In this document: positions 49,322 through 59,490 of the stretch, in pieces
Layout: every line of letters starts with the position of its first letter
Position numbering within the stretch: the first letter of the stretch is position 1
NCBI GenBank assembly: GCA_023381415.1
Contig: JAMCUN010000009.1
Location: forward strand, 26,616 to 90,615
Direction: 5' to 3'
Length of the DNA: 64,000 nucleotides
Source: Thermoplasmatota archaeon
GTDB lineage: Archaea > Thermoplasmatota > Thermoplasmata > Thermoplasmatales > GCA-001856825
Translations under genes and position numbers: made by a program
Notes under the pieces: generated by a model
What the model was told of the DNA's origin: nothing
The model's database searches: none
Seen by the model: only the letters and a program-made list of their open reading frames with translations

Positions 49322-49812
49322 CGCTATATCAGCCGCTCTTAGCATTTGACATTTCTATATGCCGTTTTCGGTATCTGTCGCGATCATAGGACTTAAAGAT
49401 GCGCTGCTTCAGGTGGATTATTGTTACGAGAAGCTTCATGATTTACCTTGCGATCAGCATCATCCACTCTCCGATACTCCCATCCAATTTGACCCGCAGC
49501 AGCCTGCCGTTCCTGTGGTGCTTGCGGAGGATCGGAACATATGTTTTATACAAGAAGCAGTCAACATTTGCGTTATCTGCCAGTCTTCAGTGAAATGGAT
49601 GATCATCCATTACCCTTCATATTGTGGAGAAACCGGTTATTTAGGAAACGCATTTATGAGGTGTTCAGATTACTAAGGTGCATATTCAGAACGTCATGCC
49701 TCCCAAAATGTACCTGAACCATGATACCACAGTCAAAACAAATCTGAGGTGCTTTACCGAATGAAAGGTTATATATGCAAAACATCTAAAGGTCTTGCTC
49801 CGCAGTGATATA

Positions 49813-50349
49813 ATGGCTGAACAGAAAGGAAAGAATGAAAACATAAAATATATTGTAAGGCTTGCGAACACTAACCTTGACGGTACTAGACAGGCAGTGT
49901 ACGCTCTTTCAAATATTAAGGGAATAGGTTACAGGACTGCAGAAATATTGCTCAAGAAACTTAACATACCAAGAAATGTCAAGCTTGGGGAACTCGACGA
50001 TAGCAAGATCGATGAGATCAAGGATGCGATAGAGAGGAGATATCCGGAATTCTATCCACCCTGGACCATGAACCACCAGAGGGACATCCAGACGGGGGAA
50101 AACCTGCTCAAGGTCGGCCCGGACCTGGGAGTTGCTCTCCAGGATGACATAAACAGGATGAAGAGGACAAGAAGCTACAAGGGAATGAGGCACGAGAAAG
50201 GTAAGAAGGTCAGGGGACAGAGGACAAGATCGAATGGAAGGAAGGGACTGGCAGTTGGAGTCATGAAGAAGAGGGAAGGCGCAGCCCCGGAGGGAGGAGC
50301 CCCAGCGGCTGCTCCGGCTGCAGCGCCAGCAGAGGAAGCTAAGAAGTGA
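49813..50349 (+). CDS. rps13: 30S ribosomal protein uS13
   Basis: YIVRL..T.LDG, IKGIG, SYKG.RH..G..VRGQRTRSNGR. Confidence 0.96.
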   Translation: MAEQKGKNENIKYIVRLANTNLDGTRQAVYALSNIKGIGYRTAEILLKKLNIPRNVKLGELDDSKIDEIKDAIERRYPEFYPPWTMNHQRDIQTGENLLKVGPDLGVALQDDINRMKRTRSYKGMRHEKGKKVRGQRTRSNGRKGLAVGVMKKREGAAPEGGAPAAAPAAAPAEEAKK

Positions 50350-50355
50350 TGATCA

Positions 50356-50940
50356 ATGGGAGATCCTAAGAAGATAAGGAAGAAGTACGACACCCCGAGA
50401 CACCCGTTCGAGGGGGAGAGGATTAAGGCAGAGAACCAGGTGGTAGTAGCGTACGGCCTGAAGAACAAGAGGGAACTGTGGAAGGCAGAGTCAGAGCTCA
50501 AGAAATACAGGACAAACGCAATATCAATACAGGCAAGCCTAAGGCTCAACGATGCAAGGGCTGTTGAAAGGATAAAGAGCATGATAGGAAGGCTTTCCCG
50601 TTACGGCATACTGAGCGAGAACGCAACCGCAGACGACATACTTGCACTCAACGTCCAATCATTCCTCGAAAGGAGGCTGCAGACCCTTGTCATGAGGAAG
50701 GGACTGGCAAGGACTCCTGGAATGGCACGCCAGCTGATAGTTCATGGGCACATATCAGTGGGGGACAGGAAGGTCACTGTTCCTGGATACAAGGTACTGA
50801 AGGTGGAGGAGGAGTCGGTGAACTATGCACCAAATTCCCCACTTGCAAACGAGCTTCACCCCATGAGGATGGTAGGGGAGAAGAAGGAAGGGGAGGCACC
50901 GGCAGGGCCTGCACCGCAGCAAGAAGGAGATGATCAATGA
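50356..50940 (+). CDS. rps4: 30S ribosomal protein uS4
   Basis: [36 protein letters not shown]. Confidence 0.97.
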   Translation: MGDPKKIRKKYDTPRHPFEGERIKAENQVVVAYGLKNKRELWKAESELKKYRTNAISIQASLRLNDARAVERIKSMIGRLSRYGILSENATADDILALNVQSFLERRLQTLVMRKGLARTPGMARQLIVHGHISVGDRKVTVPGYKVLKVEEESVNYAPNSPLANELHPMRMVGEKKEGEAPAGPAPQQEGDDQ

Positions 50941-51323
50941 TGGGTAAGGTAGGAGTAGTCAATATATATGCATCGCAGAATAATACTGTTATCACCGTGA
51001 CAGACATTACGGGTGCGGAAACGCTTGCGAAGGCATCCGGAGGAATGGTCGTCAAGGCAGACAGGGACGAGAGTTCTCCCTACGCCGCAATGAAGGAGAT
51101 AGACCTCATTGTGGAGAAGCTGAGGGAGAAGGAGATAACAGACGTTGTGATCAAGATCAGGGCACCTGGAGGTGCCAAGAGCCACAACCCCGGGCCTGGA
51201 GCACAGGCAGCCGTGAGGGCGCTGGCAAGGGCTGGAATAAAGATAGCGAGGATAGAGGACTCAACACCCATTCCCCACGACGGAACGAAGAAGAAAGGGG
51301 GGAAGAGGGGAAGAAGAGTATGA
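50937..51323 (+). CDS. rps11: 30S ribosomal protein uS11
   Basis: S.NNT...TD.TG.ET, SGG...[32 protein letters not shown]. Confidence 0.97.
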   Translation: MMGKVGVVNIYASQNNTVITVTDITGAETLAKASGGMVVKADRDESSPYAAMKEIDLIVEKLREKEITDVVIKIRAPGGAKSHNPGPGAQAAVRALARAGIKIARIEDSTPIPHDGTKKKGGKRGRRV

Positions 51324-52141
51324 GCGAGAACATCAAGATACTGGAGGAGGGAGAAACTTTCATCAGGTTCGAGATCAGCGACATCTCCCCTGCATACGCC
51401 AACCTACTGAGGAGGACGCTCATTAACGACATACCGAAACTCGCAATATCAAAGGTCAATTTCCATCATGGTGAGATAAGGCAGGAAGGGGAGAAGGTGT
51501 ATTCCTCCCTCACGTCCCTTTTCGACGAGGTGATAGCATCTAGGCTGGGAATGATACCCCTCCCTACAGACCTCAAGATGAACGAGAGGGAGAACTGTAG
51601 CTGCGGTGGAGCAGGATGTTCGCTGTGCACAGTCAACTACAGCATATTTGTCGTAGGACCGAAGAAAGTCATGAGCGGAGACCTTGTTGCAATAGGGGAT
51701 TCAAAGATGTCACCCACTGACAAGGAAATTCCGATAGTTGACCTCAACGAGAGGCAAGCGATGATGCTGGATGCTGAGGCATACGTGGGAAGGGCGAGGG
51801 ACCATGCAAGATTCCAGACAACGAGCGGCGTATCTTACAGATACGGGAGGGAGTTGAAGGTTTCTGCAAGGGAGCCGGAACTGGATGAAATAATAAAGCA
51901 CTCCCCCAAGAACGTCCTCAGGAAGAACGACAAGGAGGTCGTGTTCACTGCAGATTATCCGTCCAAGTACATAGGCAAGCTGTACAGGATGGATTCGCTT
52001 GAGATAAAGGAAGACGAAAGAAGGTTTATATTCTACTTTGAAACTGATGGTAGCTTGGGACCCAGACAGGTTCTTGAGTACGCACTTTCCAGGATAAGGG
52101 AGAGGCTGTCGGGAATAGTCGAGAAGGTTCCGGGCGAGTAG
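51320..52141 (+). CDS. rpoD: RNA polymerase subunit D (Rpo3)
   Basis: AN..RR......P.LAI, DE.IA.RLG.IPL, C.C...GC..C, HARF, ETDGSL. Confidence 0.95.
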   Translation: MSENIKILEEGETFIRFEISDISPAYANLLRRTLINDIPKLAISKVNFHHGEIRQEGEKVYSSLTSLFDEVIASRLGMIPLPTDLKMNERENCSCGGAGCSLCTVNYSIFVVGPKKVMSGDLVAIGDSKMSPTDKEIPIVDLNERQAMMLDAEAYVGRARDHARFQTTSGVSYRYGRELKVSAREPELDEIIKHSPKNVLRKNDKEVVFTADYPSKYIGKLYRMDSLEIKEDERRFIFYFETDGSLGPRQVLEYALSRIRERLSGIVEKVPGE

Positions 52142-52160
52142 CTGGAATAAGTGAGACAGG

Positions 52161-53525
52161 ATGGTACTTGATTCGCTGGCCAAGAGCCTACGCGATGCCC
52201 TCAGGCGCATAAACAAGAGTGCATTAGTGGACGACAGGTTGGTAGATGAGATCGTCAAGGAAATGCAGAGGGCCCTTTTGATGGCTGATGTGGACGTCGC
52301 CCTCACTCTAGATATCACGAATTCTGTGGAGAAGAGGGCGAAGGAGGAGCCGGTGCCGAAGAATTCGAACCCGAGAAACCACCTCATCAGGATCATATAC
52401 GAAGAGCTCCTCAGGATACTCGGTAAGCCGAGGGAATTTCACGTCAAGCCAGCCACCCTGATGCTTGTGGGACTCTATGGCCAGGGGAAGACGACAAGCG
52501 CAGGGAAGCTTGCAAAGTTTTACGCCAAGCACGGCTACAAGGTGGTCCTCATAGCCGCCGATACGCAGCGCCTTGGAGCCTACGAACAGCTTGAACAGGT
52601 AGCGGGTTCAGTCGGCGCCAGCTTCTTCGGGATATACGGTGAGAAGGACAGCAGAAGGGTCGTGAAGGAAGGACTGGAGAAATTCAGGGACTGGGACGTG
52701 AAGATAATAGATACAAGCGGAAGGAATGCTATAGATTCATCCCTTACGAAAGAAATAGCGGACATAAACGATATTGCCAAGCCAGACGAGGTCGTGCTCA
52801 TCCTGGACGCGAGCATAGGCCAGGCTGCAGGAAAGCAGGCAAAGGCGTTCAACGAGGCTGTAAAGATAACAGGTGTTTACATAACGAAGCTTGACGGGAC
52901 TGCAAAGGGGGGAGGTGCCTTGAGCGCGGTAGCCTCAACGGGCGCCCCGATACTGTTCATCGGGACCGGGGAGCACATGGAGGATATGGAGTACTTCAAC
53001 CCGGCCAGGTTCCTGTCGAGGCTGCTCGGGATGGGTGATTTCGAAACGTTAATGGCCGCTGCCAAGGAGTTCCAGAAGGAGCTTGATGAGAACGCTGTAG
53101 AGAAGATGGCCCAGGGGAAATTCACGCTGAAGGAGATGTATGACGTATGGGACCAGATGAGCAAACCGGGCCTTTTCAAGAAGCTATTTGACTCCATGCC
53201 GATGGCTGCGGGGGGTATGAAGAAGGAGATGGACGAACAGTTCCTGGACGAATCTGAGGGGAAGCTCAGGAAGTACAAGGTCATAATGGATTCGATGACT
53301 TATTACGAGATGGAGAACCCTGAGGAGATAAAGGGGCAGAGGGTTGAAAGGATTGCAAGGGGGTCAGGGTATAACACTTCAGATGTGAAAGAACTGCTCA
53401 GGGACTACAAGAGGGTGAAGGACATGGTGAAGAACCTTAAGGGCAACAGGAAGATACTGAGCATGATGAAGAAGCAGTTCAAGAACGGAAACGTCCCAGA
53501 GGACTTGAGCAACCTTCCTCAGTGA
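52161..53525 (+). CDS. srp54: signal recognition particle protein Srp54
   Basis: QRALL.ADV, GL.G.GKTT..GKLA, DTSGR, TKLDG.AKGGGALS, IMDSMT, RIARGSG. Confidence 0.97.
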   Translation: MVLDSLAKSLRDALRRINKSALVDDRLVDEIVKEMQRALLMADVDVALTLDITNSVEKRAKEEPVPKNSNPRNHLIRIIYEELLRILGKPREFHVKPATLMLVGLYGQGKTTSAGKLAKFYAKHGYKVVLIAADTQRLGAYEQLEQVAGSVGASFFGIYGEKDSRRVVKEGLEKFRDWDVKIIDTSGRNAIDSSLTKEIADINDIAKPDEVVLILDASIGQAAGKQAKAFNEAVKITGVYITKLDGTAKGGGALSAVASTGAPILFIGTGEHMEDMEYFNPARFLSRLLGMGDFETLMAAAKEFQKELDENAVEKMAQGKFTLKEMYDVWDQMSKPGLFKKLFDSMPMAAGGMKKEMDEQFLDESEGKLRKYKVIMDSMTYYEMENPEEIKGQRVERIARGSGYNTSDVKELLRDYKRVKDMVKNLKGNRKILSMMKKQFKNGNVPEDLSNLPQ

Positions 53526-54016
53526 GTGTATAGCTCATATTTCCCTTCAATGTGGTCCCTTATGAGTTTCTGGTAAACTTCTCCGTTTCTCCTCGCTGCT
53601 TCTCCCACTGATTCATCGCACCTGACTATCTTTGCTGGCGACCCGACTGCGAGACAGTTCTTCCCAACCACTTTCCCTGTTGTGATTATAGATCCAGCTC
53701 CAATTATTGCCCCTTCCTCGACAACAGAGCCGGACAGAAGTATGCTGCCCATGCCTATCAGTGCATTTGACCCTACTCTTGCCCCGTGGACTATGGCACC
53801 GTGCCCTATCGATACGTTCTCTCCAACCTCAGTCCTGTTTTCCCTATCCACGTGAATGACGACGTTGTCCTGTACGTTTGAATTCCTTCCTATGTGTATT
53901 GAATTCTGGTCCCCCCTCAGGACCGCGCCGAACATTATTCCTGCGTTGTCGTCTATCGTTACATCTCCGATGATTGTTGCATTCCTGGCAATGAAAGCTG
54001 TGGATGCTATCTTCAT
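53519..54016 (-). CDS. gamma-carbonic anhydrase-like hexapeptide repeat protein
   Basis: IGDV.I, VLRGD, NVQD..VIH, IGHGAIVHG, GSPAK. Confidence 0.9.
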   Translation of the reverse strand: MKIASTAFIARNATIIGDVTIDDNAGIMFGAVLRGDQNSIHIGRNSNVQDNVVIHVDRENRTEVGENVSIGHGAIVHGARVGSNALIGMGSILLSGSVVEEGAIIGAGSIITTGKVVGKNCLAVGSPAKIVRCDESVGEAARRNGEVYQKLIRDHIEGKYELYTH

Positions 54017-54499
54017 GTACCTTTTAGTCCGCATGAATATTTATTGATTTCTTTGCAGGTCCTCCTTCGTTCTCCCATATTTCTGAGGATTCTGTGAGTG
54101 GAATGTTTGATACATCAAGACGTCTATCTAAAGATGTTATGAAATCCGCTCAGACGCCAATAGGCTAAAAATTTGATTCAGATGGAAGCTGAAGAGGGGA
54201 ATTGGTTAGGTGTTGCCGTACGAATCGAGCGTTTAGTAGAATGCTCTGATTAATGGAGAAGTATGATCAATTTTGCATTACCTGAACTCCCCTTTAAATG
54301 CCAACACGCCTCTTTGAAATAAAGAAACATTATCTCAAAAAGATGGAAAGCTAGGGTGTTTTGTCTCGTTCCGCAGTGCCGACAAGTGGGTAAATGCACA
54401 GGAAAAAAGGGATCTTGGCACTGCGTTGAAATGCAGGAAATAAGATATAGTTATACTCATCATCCAAATCTAGTGGCGACCCTACTGCCCCTCTTTCTG

Positions 54500-54750
54500 G
54501 CGATGAGAACCAGGCCAAAGAGCGGAAACTTAGACATGTTGTGGTCGTGAAATAGCCAAAAATGATGACCAGCTGAAAAAAATCCTGAAATACATCTTGA
54601 GAGATTGGTAAATTATACTGTATTGCAGAGAGAGTTGATGGCTGTGTGAAATTACCTGACATTCAAAATGAAGTCCTTAGAGTCTTGAAGTTGAAATCTA
54701 GGCATTGAATTGTAGTTTTTGGAAGTCAAGAAGGCTCTGACATTCTATCA
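54500..54750 (+). pseudogene. possible decayed CBS-pair gene remnant
   Basis: KERKLRHVVVVK* and VLRVLKLKSRH*IVV...DILS about 57 codons apart, broken by stops. Confidence 0.25.
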
Positions 54751-54940
54751 AATTTAATTAAAGTTCAAAAGTGCCTTGCTTTACTCATACTTCTCTGCCC
54801 TTTCGCATCAAGGAAGGGACAATGCCCGGATAAATGAAATGCATGAGGTTAAACCTAGAATGAATATGGGAAGGGACTCCCGGAAAGAGAAGTGAGGTTC
54901 CATCCTTGTCAAATGGCTGGGAAAAAGCACCCTGTGGAAT

Positions 54941-55987
54941 CTATTTTACTAAAGAGTGCAATTTTGCGGGATGTTTCCTTACTATGTGCATATCCTCTCC
55001 GCAGTAAGGACATCTTCCGTCCGTGGTGATTTCATATTTCATTATCTGAAACCCGTACCTCCTCACCAGTTCCTTTCCACAGTTAGGGCAGTAGGTATTC
55101 TCCAGGCGGTGACCTGGAACATTGCCGACGTAAACGAACCTCAACCCCTCTTCCTTCGCTATCTCATGGTGCCTTTCGAGTGTCGCTACTGGGGTAACGG
55201 GAACGTTCATCATCCTGTAGTCTGGATGAAATCTCGTGAAATGAAGGGGGGTGTTCGGTCCAAGGTTGTCCCTTATCCATCTCGATAGCGTTCTCGCATC
55301 TTCCTCGTTGTCCCCCATTCCCTTAACAGGAATTACCAGGTCGGTTATCTCCGTGTATATTCCTGCTGCCTTCAACCGCTTCAGTGTGTCGAAAACTGGC
55401 GAATAGCTCATTATTCCTATGTACTTTCTGCCAAATGCATCGTTTGCATTACCCTTGAAGTCCACGCTTATTGCATCCAGGAATTCTTTCAGGTATGGAA
55501 TGGCCTCTTGAGACTCATAACCGTTGCTTACGAAGGTGCTGAACAGCCCCTCTTTCTTTGCGAGAATACCTATGTCATGCGCATACTCCGCAAATATTGT
55601 GGGTTCGTTGTAGGTGTATGATATGCCGTCTGCACCGCTCCTCACCGCCAGGCCGACTACCTCTTCTGGCGTTAGATAATCCCCCATTATCTGCCTTCTC
55701 TGGGAGATATCGTTATTCTGGCAGAAAGAACACATCCAGTTGCAGCCGCTTGTTGAGAGGGACAGCACCCTTCCGCCTGGAAGGTAGTGGTAGAGTGGTT
55801 TTTTCTCTATTGGGTCGACTGCAATGGCAGCCACCCTTCCGTAGGAAAGCAAATGGAGTCTTCCCCCCACATTCTTCCTTATTCCGCAGAAACCAGTCTG
55901 TCCCTCGCCCAGTAGGCAGTACCTTGAGCAGGCGGTGCATTTCACTTTACCTGAGGACGATGAGTAGAGGACAGCTTCTTCCATCAA
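54941..55987 (-). CDS. amrS: AmmeMemoRadiSam system radical SAM enzyme
   Basis: C..C...C....G..G.C..R.N, DPIEKKPLYH, GCNW.C.FCQN..ISQ, YTYNEP, RFHP.Y, Y.GN, CP.CG. Confidence 0.92.
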   Translation of the reverse strand: MMEEAVLYSSSSGKVKCTACSRYCLLGEGQTGFCGIRKNVGGRLHLLSYGRVAAIAVDPIEKKPLYHYLPGGRVLSLSTSGCNWMCSFCQNNDISQRRQIMGDYLTPEEVVGLAVRSGADGISYTYNEPTIFAEYAHDIGILAKKEGLFSTFVSNGYESQEAIPYLKEFLDAISVDFKGNANDAFGRKYIGIMSYSPVFDTLKRLKAAGIYTEITDLVIPVKGMGDNEEDARTLSRWIRDNLGPNTPLHFTRFHPDYRMMNVPVTPVATLERHHEIAKEEGLRFVYVGNVPGHRLENTYCPNCGKELVRRYGFQIMKYEITTDGRCPYCGEDMHIVRKHPAKLHSLVK

Positions 55988-56066
55988 GATGCAATATGAA
56001 ATTAGGACTTATCGTTTTCTGGATGTTCCCAGCTAATTTACAGTGGCATATCCCTCAGATCATCTT

Positions 56067-56234
56067 TCAGACAGGCCAGAATATCTTCAGGAGTTCTATT
56101 ACGACGCCGAAAATAACCGCTATATAAAGCACCAGCTTGGGATCGAATATTGGACCCAGGTCTTCCTCCTCGTCGAAGTAACGGATCAGGCCTGCTGCTG
56201 ACTGGAATCCTCCGCCTCTCTTATCTTCCGGCAC
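56067..56234 (-). CDS. secG: preprotein translocase Sec61beta subunit
   Basis: FQSAAGLIRYFDEE....DP followed by a C-terminal TM. Confidence 0.9.
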   Translation of the reverse strand: MPEDKRGGGFQSAAGLIRYFDEEEDLGPIFDPKLVLYIAVIFGVVIELLKIFWPV

Positions 56235-56422
56235 CGTCTGGTGATGCAAACACCGTGTTTAAACCTTTCTGGGTATTCCACCTTGTGTTGAACCAATATA
56301 TTGATTTGCATGCAGACGTACTGCCTTCCGATGCGGTGAAGTCGTCCTAGTATAGACGAACACGTAAAATACAAGCCTAAGATATTTTAACCAAAATGTT
56401 ATATGGAAGGAAGGGGAATTAA

Positions 56423-58153
56423 ATGATGCACGACCTAAATCTTATGGTAGCGGGTCCCCAGGGCAGTGGAATCAATTTTACGTCAGATACTTTTGCAAAA
56501 GTGATGACAAGGGAGGGGTATCACGTCTTTACAAACGCTGAACTGTTCTCGACCATCAAGGGAGAACATTCGTACTTCAGGGTACGTGTTTGCAAGGACA
56601 TGATAAGGAGCTATTCCGAAAGGGTGGATATTCTTATACCGCTTGATGCGAAGAGCGTGATGCTCCATACCAAGGAACTATCGAAGGATGGCTCCATAAT
56701 TTATGAGGACAACCTGGAAGACCCAAGGCATGCTGCGATACCTTACAAGGACATACTTCAGACAGTGGCAACCAAGTTCGGGAAGGCCCTTTCCGAACTG
56801 AATGTGATGAAGAACACCGTTGCCCTGGCCGGCGCAACAAAGATGATCGGCCTGGACAAGGAGAAGATAAAGAGGGTTATATCGGAGAATTTCGCATCCA
56901 GGCCGAAGATCGCCGAAATGAACAATGCGATCGTTGACGAGGTATATTCGGATTTCAAGCCAGGCAGAACGTTCGATCTTGAGCCAGCTGTATACAAGAA
57001 GAGGATGCTCATAAACAGCACACACGCAGTAGGAATGGGAAAGGTTGAGGCTGGAATGAAGTTCCAGTCATACTACCCCATCACACCGGCAAGCGACGAA
57101 TCGAACTATCTGGAAAGACTGATGGACAAATACGATTTTGTCGTAGAACAGACGGAGGACGAGATAGCAGCAATTAACATGGCTATAGCTGCCGCAAACG
57201 CAGGGCTCAGATCGGCCACAAGCACTTCCGGGCCAGGATTTTCACTGATGGTGGAAGCGCTCTCCTATGCAGGCATGACAGAGACCCCTGTCGTCATATT
57301 CTTCTACCAGAGGGCAGGACCTGCAACGGGTATGCCAACAAGGCATGAGCAGGGTGATCTGAAGTATGCGCTCAGTGCGGGCCACGGGGAGTTTCCCAGG
57401 GTGGTTATAACACCGGGAGACCACAAGGAGGCATTCTACGACACAATAGAGGCTTTCAACATAGCTGAGAAGTATCAGGTACCAGTCATAGTGCTTCTAG
57501 ACAAGGCGATGGCCATGAGCAATTATACCGTTGACCTGTTTGACCTTAGCAAGGCGAGGATAGACAGGGGCAAGCTGATACTCGCTGAAACAAAGGACTA
57601 CCTTAGGTACAAATTCACGGATGACGGGATATCTCCAAGGTCTGTACCAGGCGTGAAGGGCGGTCTGGTAACGATAGCGGGGGATGAGCATGACGAGGAT
57701 GGACACATATTCACGGAAGATGCAGAAAACAGGATAAAGATGATGGACAAGAGGATGCAGAAGATGGCATCAGTACTCAGGGATGTTCCTGCAGACATGA
57801 AGGTCAAGTTCTACGGATCGCCTTCAAACAAGAAAGTTGTGCTGTCGTGGGGCTCCGCAAAAGGACCGGTACTGGATGCGATGGAGAAGGTGGGGGATGT
57901 ATCGCTGCTCCAGGTCAGGATGATGGAGCCGTTCCCGGTGGAGGATGTCATGAAATACCTGAAGGGAAAGACGATAATAGATGTGGAACAGAATTACAGC
58001 GGTCAGCTTGCAGACCTGCTGAAGGAGAAGACTGGACTTGATGTGAGCGCTAGAGTAGTGAAGTTCAACGGAAGGCCGATAGCATTCGAGGAGATGGTGG
58101 AAGTGCTGAGCAAACCAAAGCTGAATGGAAGGGAGGTGCTTACATTTGATTAG
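56423..58153 (+). CDS. 2-oxoacid:ferredoxin oxidoreductase alpha subunit (gamma-alpha fusion)
   Basis: G.QG.G, IKG.HS, YPITPAS, EDEIAA, TSGPGFSLM.E, QRAGPATG.PT..EQGD, EQN..GQL. Confidence 0.95.
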   Translation: MMHDLNLMVAGPQGSGINFTSDTFAKVMTREGYHVFTNAELFSTIKGEHSYFRVRVCKDMIRSYSERVDILIPLDAKSVMLHTKELSKDGSIIYEDNLEDPRHAAIPYKDILQTVATKFGKALSELNVMKNTVALAGATKMIGLDKEKIKRVISENFASRPKIAEMNNAIVDEVYSDFKPGRTFDLEPAVYKKRMLINSTHAVGMGKVEAGMKFQSYYPITPASDESNYLERLMDKYDFVVEQTEDEIAAINMAIAAANAGLRSATSTSGPGFSLMVEALSYAGMTETPVVIFFYQRAGPATGMPTRHEQGDLKYALSAGHGEFPRVVITPGDHKEAFYDTIEAFNIAEKYQVPVIVLLDKAMAMSNYTVDLFDLSKARIDRGKLILAETKDYLRYKFTDDGISPRSVPGVKGGLVTIAGDEHDEDGHIFTEDAENRIKMMDKRMQKMASVLRDVPADMKVKFYGSPSNKKVVLSWGSAKGPVLDAMEKVGDVSLLQVRMMEPFPVEDVMKYLKGKTIIDVEQNYSGQLADLLKEKTGLDVSARVVKFNGRPIAFEEMVEVLSKPKLNGREVLTFD

Positions 58154-59078
58154 CACCGTAAGCCCTGCTGCGAAACCACAGAGCTACAAGACGAACGTGG
58201 AAATAGACTGGTGCCCGGGGTGCGGTGACTTCGGTATACTCAATGCCCTGGTACTTGCTCTTCAGGAGCTGAAGATACCGAATGAGGATGTCGTCCTCAC
58301 TGGTGGCATAGGGTGCAGCTCCAAGATTCCGCATTACGTCAATGTGAACACACTTCATACACTTCACGGAAGGTCGCTTGTTCAGGCACAGGCAGTGAAG
58401 ATGGCAAATCCGCGCCTTGAAGTTATATCCGCTTCTGGCGACGGCGACGGGCTTGGGATAGGGTCTGCGCATTTCGTTGCCGCCGGAAGGAGAAACGTGG
58501 ATATGACGTACATACTATTCGACAATGGAGTTTACGGACTCACGAAGGGACAGGCCTCCCCAACTCTGCCGTACGGTGAGATGCCGAAGAGCATAGAGAC
58601 TGAGAACATAAAATTCCCAGTGAATCCGTTGTTCCTCGGACTGGCGTCTGGATTCACTTTCGTTTCAAGGAGCTATTCGTACAACATCAAGCACCTAAAG
58701 GAAACGTTGATAAGAGCCATGAAGCACAGGGGGCTTGCACTTGTAGACGTGATGCAGCCCTGCGTTACCTACAACAACATCAATACCAAGGAATTCTACG
58801 ATCCCAGGCTCTACGACATAGAGAAGGAAGGATGGAACCCCGTCGCTAACAACGAAGCGGAATACAAGCAGAAGGTGCCGCAGGCAGTCCTGAAATCACT
58901 GGAATGGGGCGAAAGGATACCGATGGGGGTATTCATAGACTACCAGACAGAAACATACGATCAGAAGCTCCAGAAACTGGTACCGGACTACGGAAAAAAG
59001 AACTACGTGATGGACCCTATCCACTCAAACGGAAAACCGCTGAACGACGTTACGGACCTGATGAACTCGTTCTGCTAG
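58146..59078 (+). CDS. 2-oxoacid:ferredoxin oxidoreductase beta subunit
   Basis: WCPGCGDF, GIGCS, LHGR, GDGD..IG, DN.VYGLTKGQ.SPT, QPC.TYN. Confidence 0.95.
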   Translation: MISTVSPAAKPQSYKTNVEIDWCPGCGDFGILNALVLALQELKIPNEDVVLTGGIGCSSKIPHYVNVNTLHTLHGRSLVQAQAVKMANPRLEVISASGDGDGLGIGSAHFVAAGRRNVDMTYILFDNGVYGLTKGQASPTLPYGEMPKSIETENIKFPVNPLFLGLASGFTFVSRSYSYNIKHLKETLIRAMKHRGLALVDVMQPCVTYNNINTKEFYDPRLYDIEKEGWNPVANNEAEYKQKVPQAVLKSLEWGERIPMGVFIDYQTETYDQKLQKLVPDYGKKNYVMDPIHSNGKPLNDVTDLMNSFC

Positions 59079-59100
59079 TTTTTTTCATTTTATTTTATTC
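59079..59100 (+). terminator. archaeal T-tract terminator
   Basis: TTTTTTTCATTTTATTTTATT directly after the OFOR beta stop. Confidence 0.55.
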
Positions 59101-59102
59101 CA

Positions 59103-59348
59103 TTACTCACTTCTTCTTCGCTCTCCATCTGCTAGTACGGCACCTATTGCTGCTATTATTATCACCACTGAGATTATTGCGCATAACAGGTAATATGTTG
59201 CAGGATTTGATATTGCATTAACCTTAGACTGTATGCTTGACCCTGGTAGGGTTAGGGAACCCGTTGTGTTATTGCTTGAATATCCTGATGAAAGATGAAA
59301 TGTTTCTCTGATATATTGGAGGATCCCGAATAACCCATCTTGTAATGT
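59103..59348 (-). pseudogene. C-terminal remnant of a surface glycoprotein (Ser/Thr-rich domain plus TM anchor)
   Basis: Open frame with no start codon: ...LSSGYSSNNTTGSLTLPGSSIQSKVNA...YYLLCAIISVVIIIAAIGAVLA..ERRRSE*. Confidence 0.5.
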
Positions 59349-59490
59349 TCATGGCACTTTGAGACAAATCGAGAAAATAATTATGAAATAATATTTTGGA
59401 AAGGCTGTTGAATTCTATTAGAGACCTTCTGTGTCACCTGAATTTCAATGCGCATATTCAATGGATGGACCACCTTGTGTGCGTTCTACG

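Noticed and set aside
49359..49676. 105-aa + strand ORF upstream of rps13
   Set aside because: Atypical composition and no motif; likely spurious or a remnant
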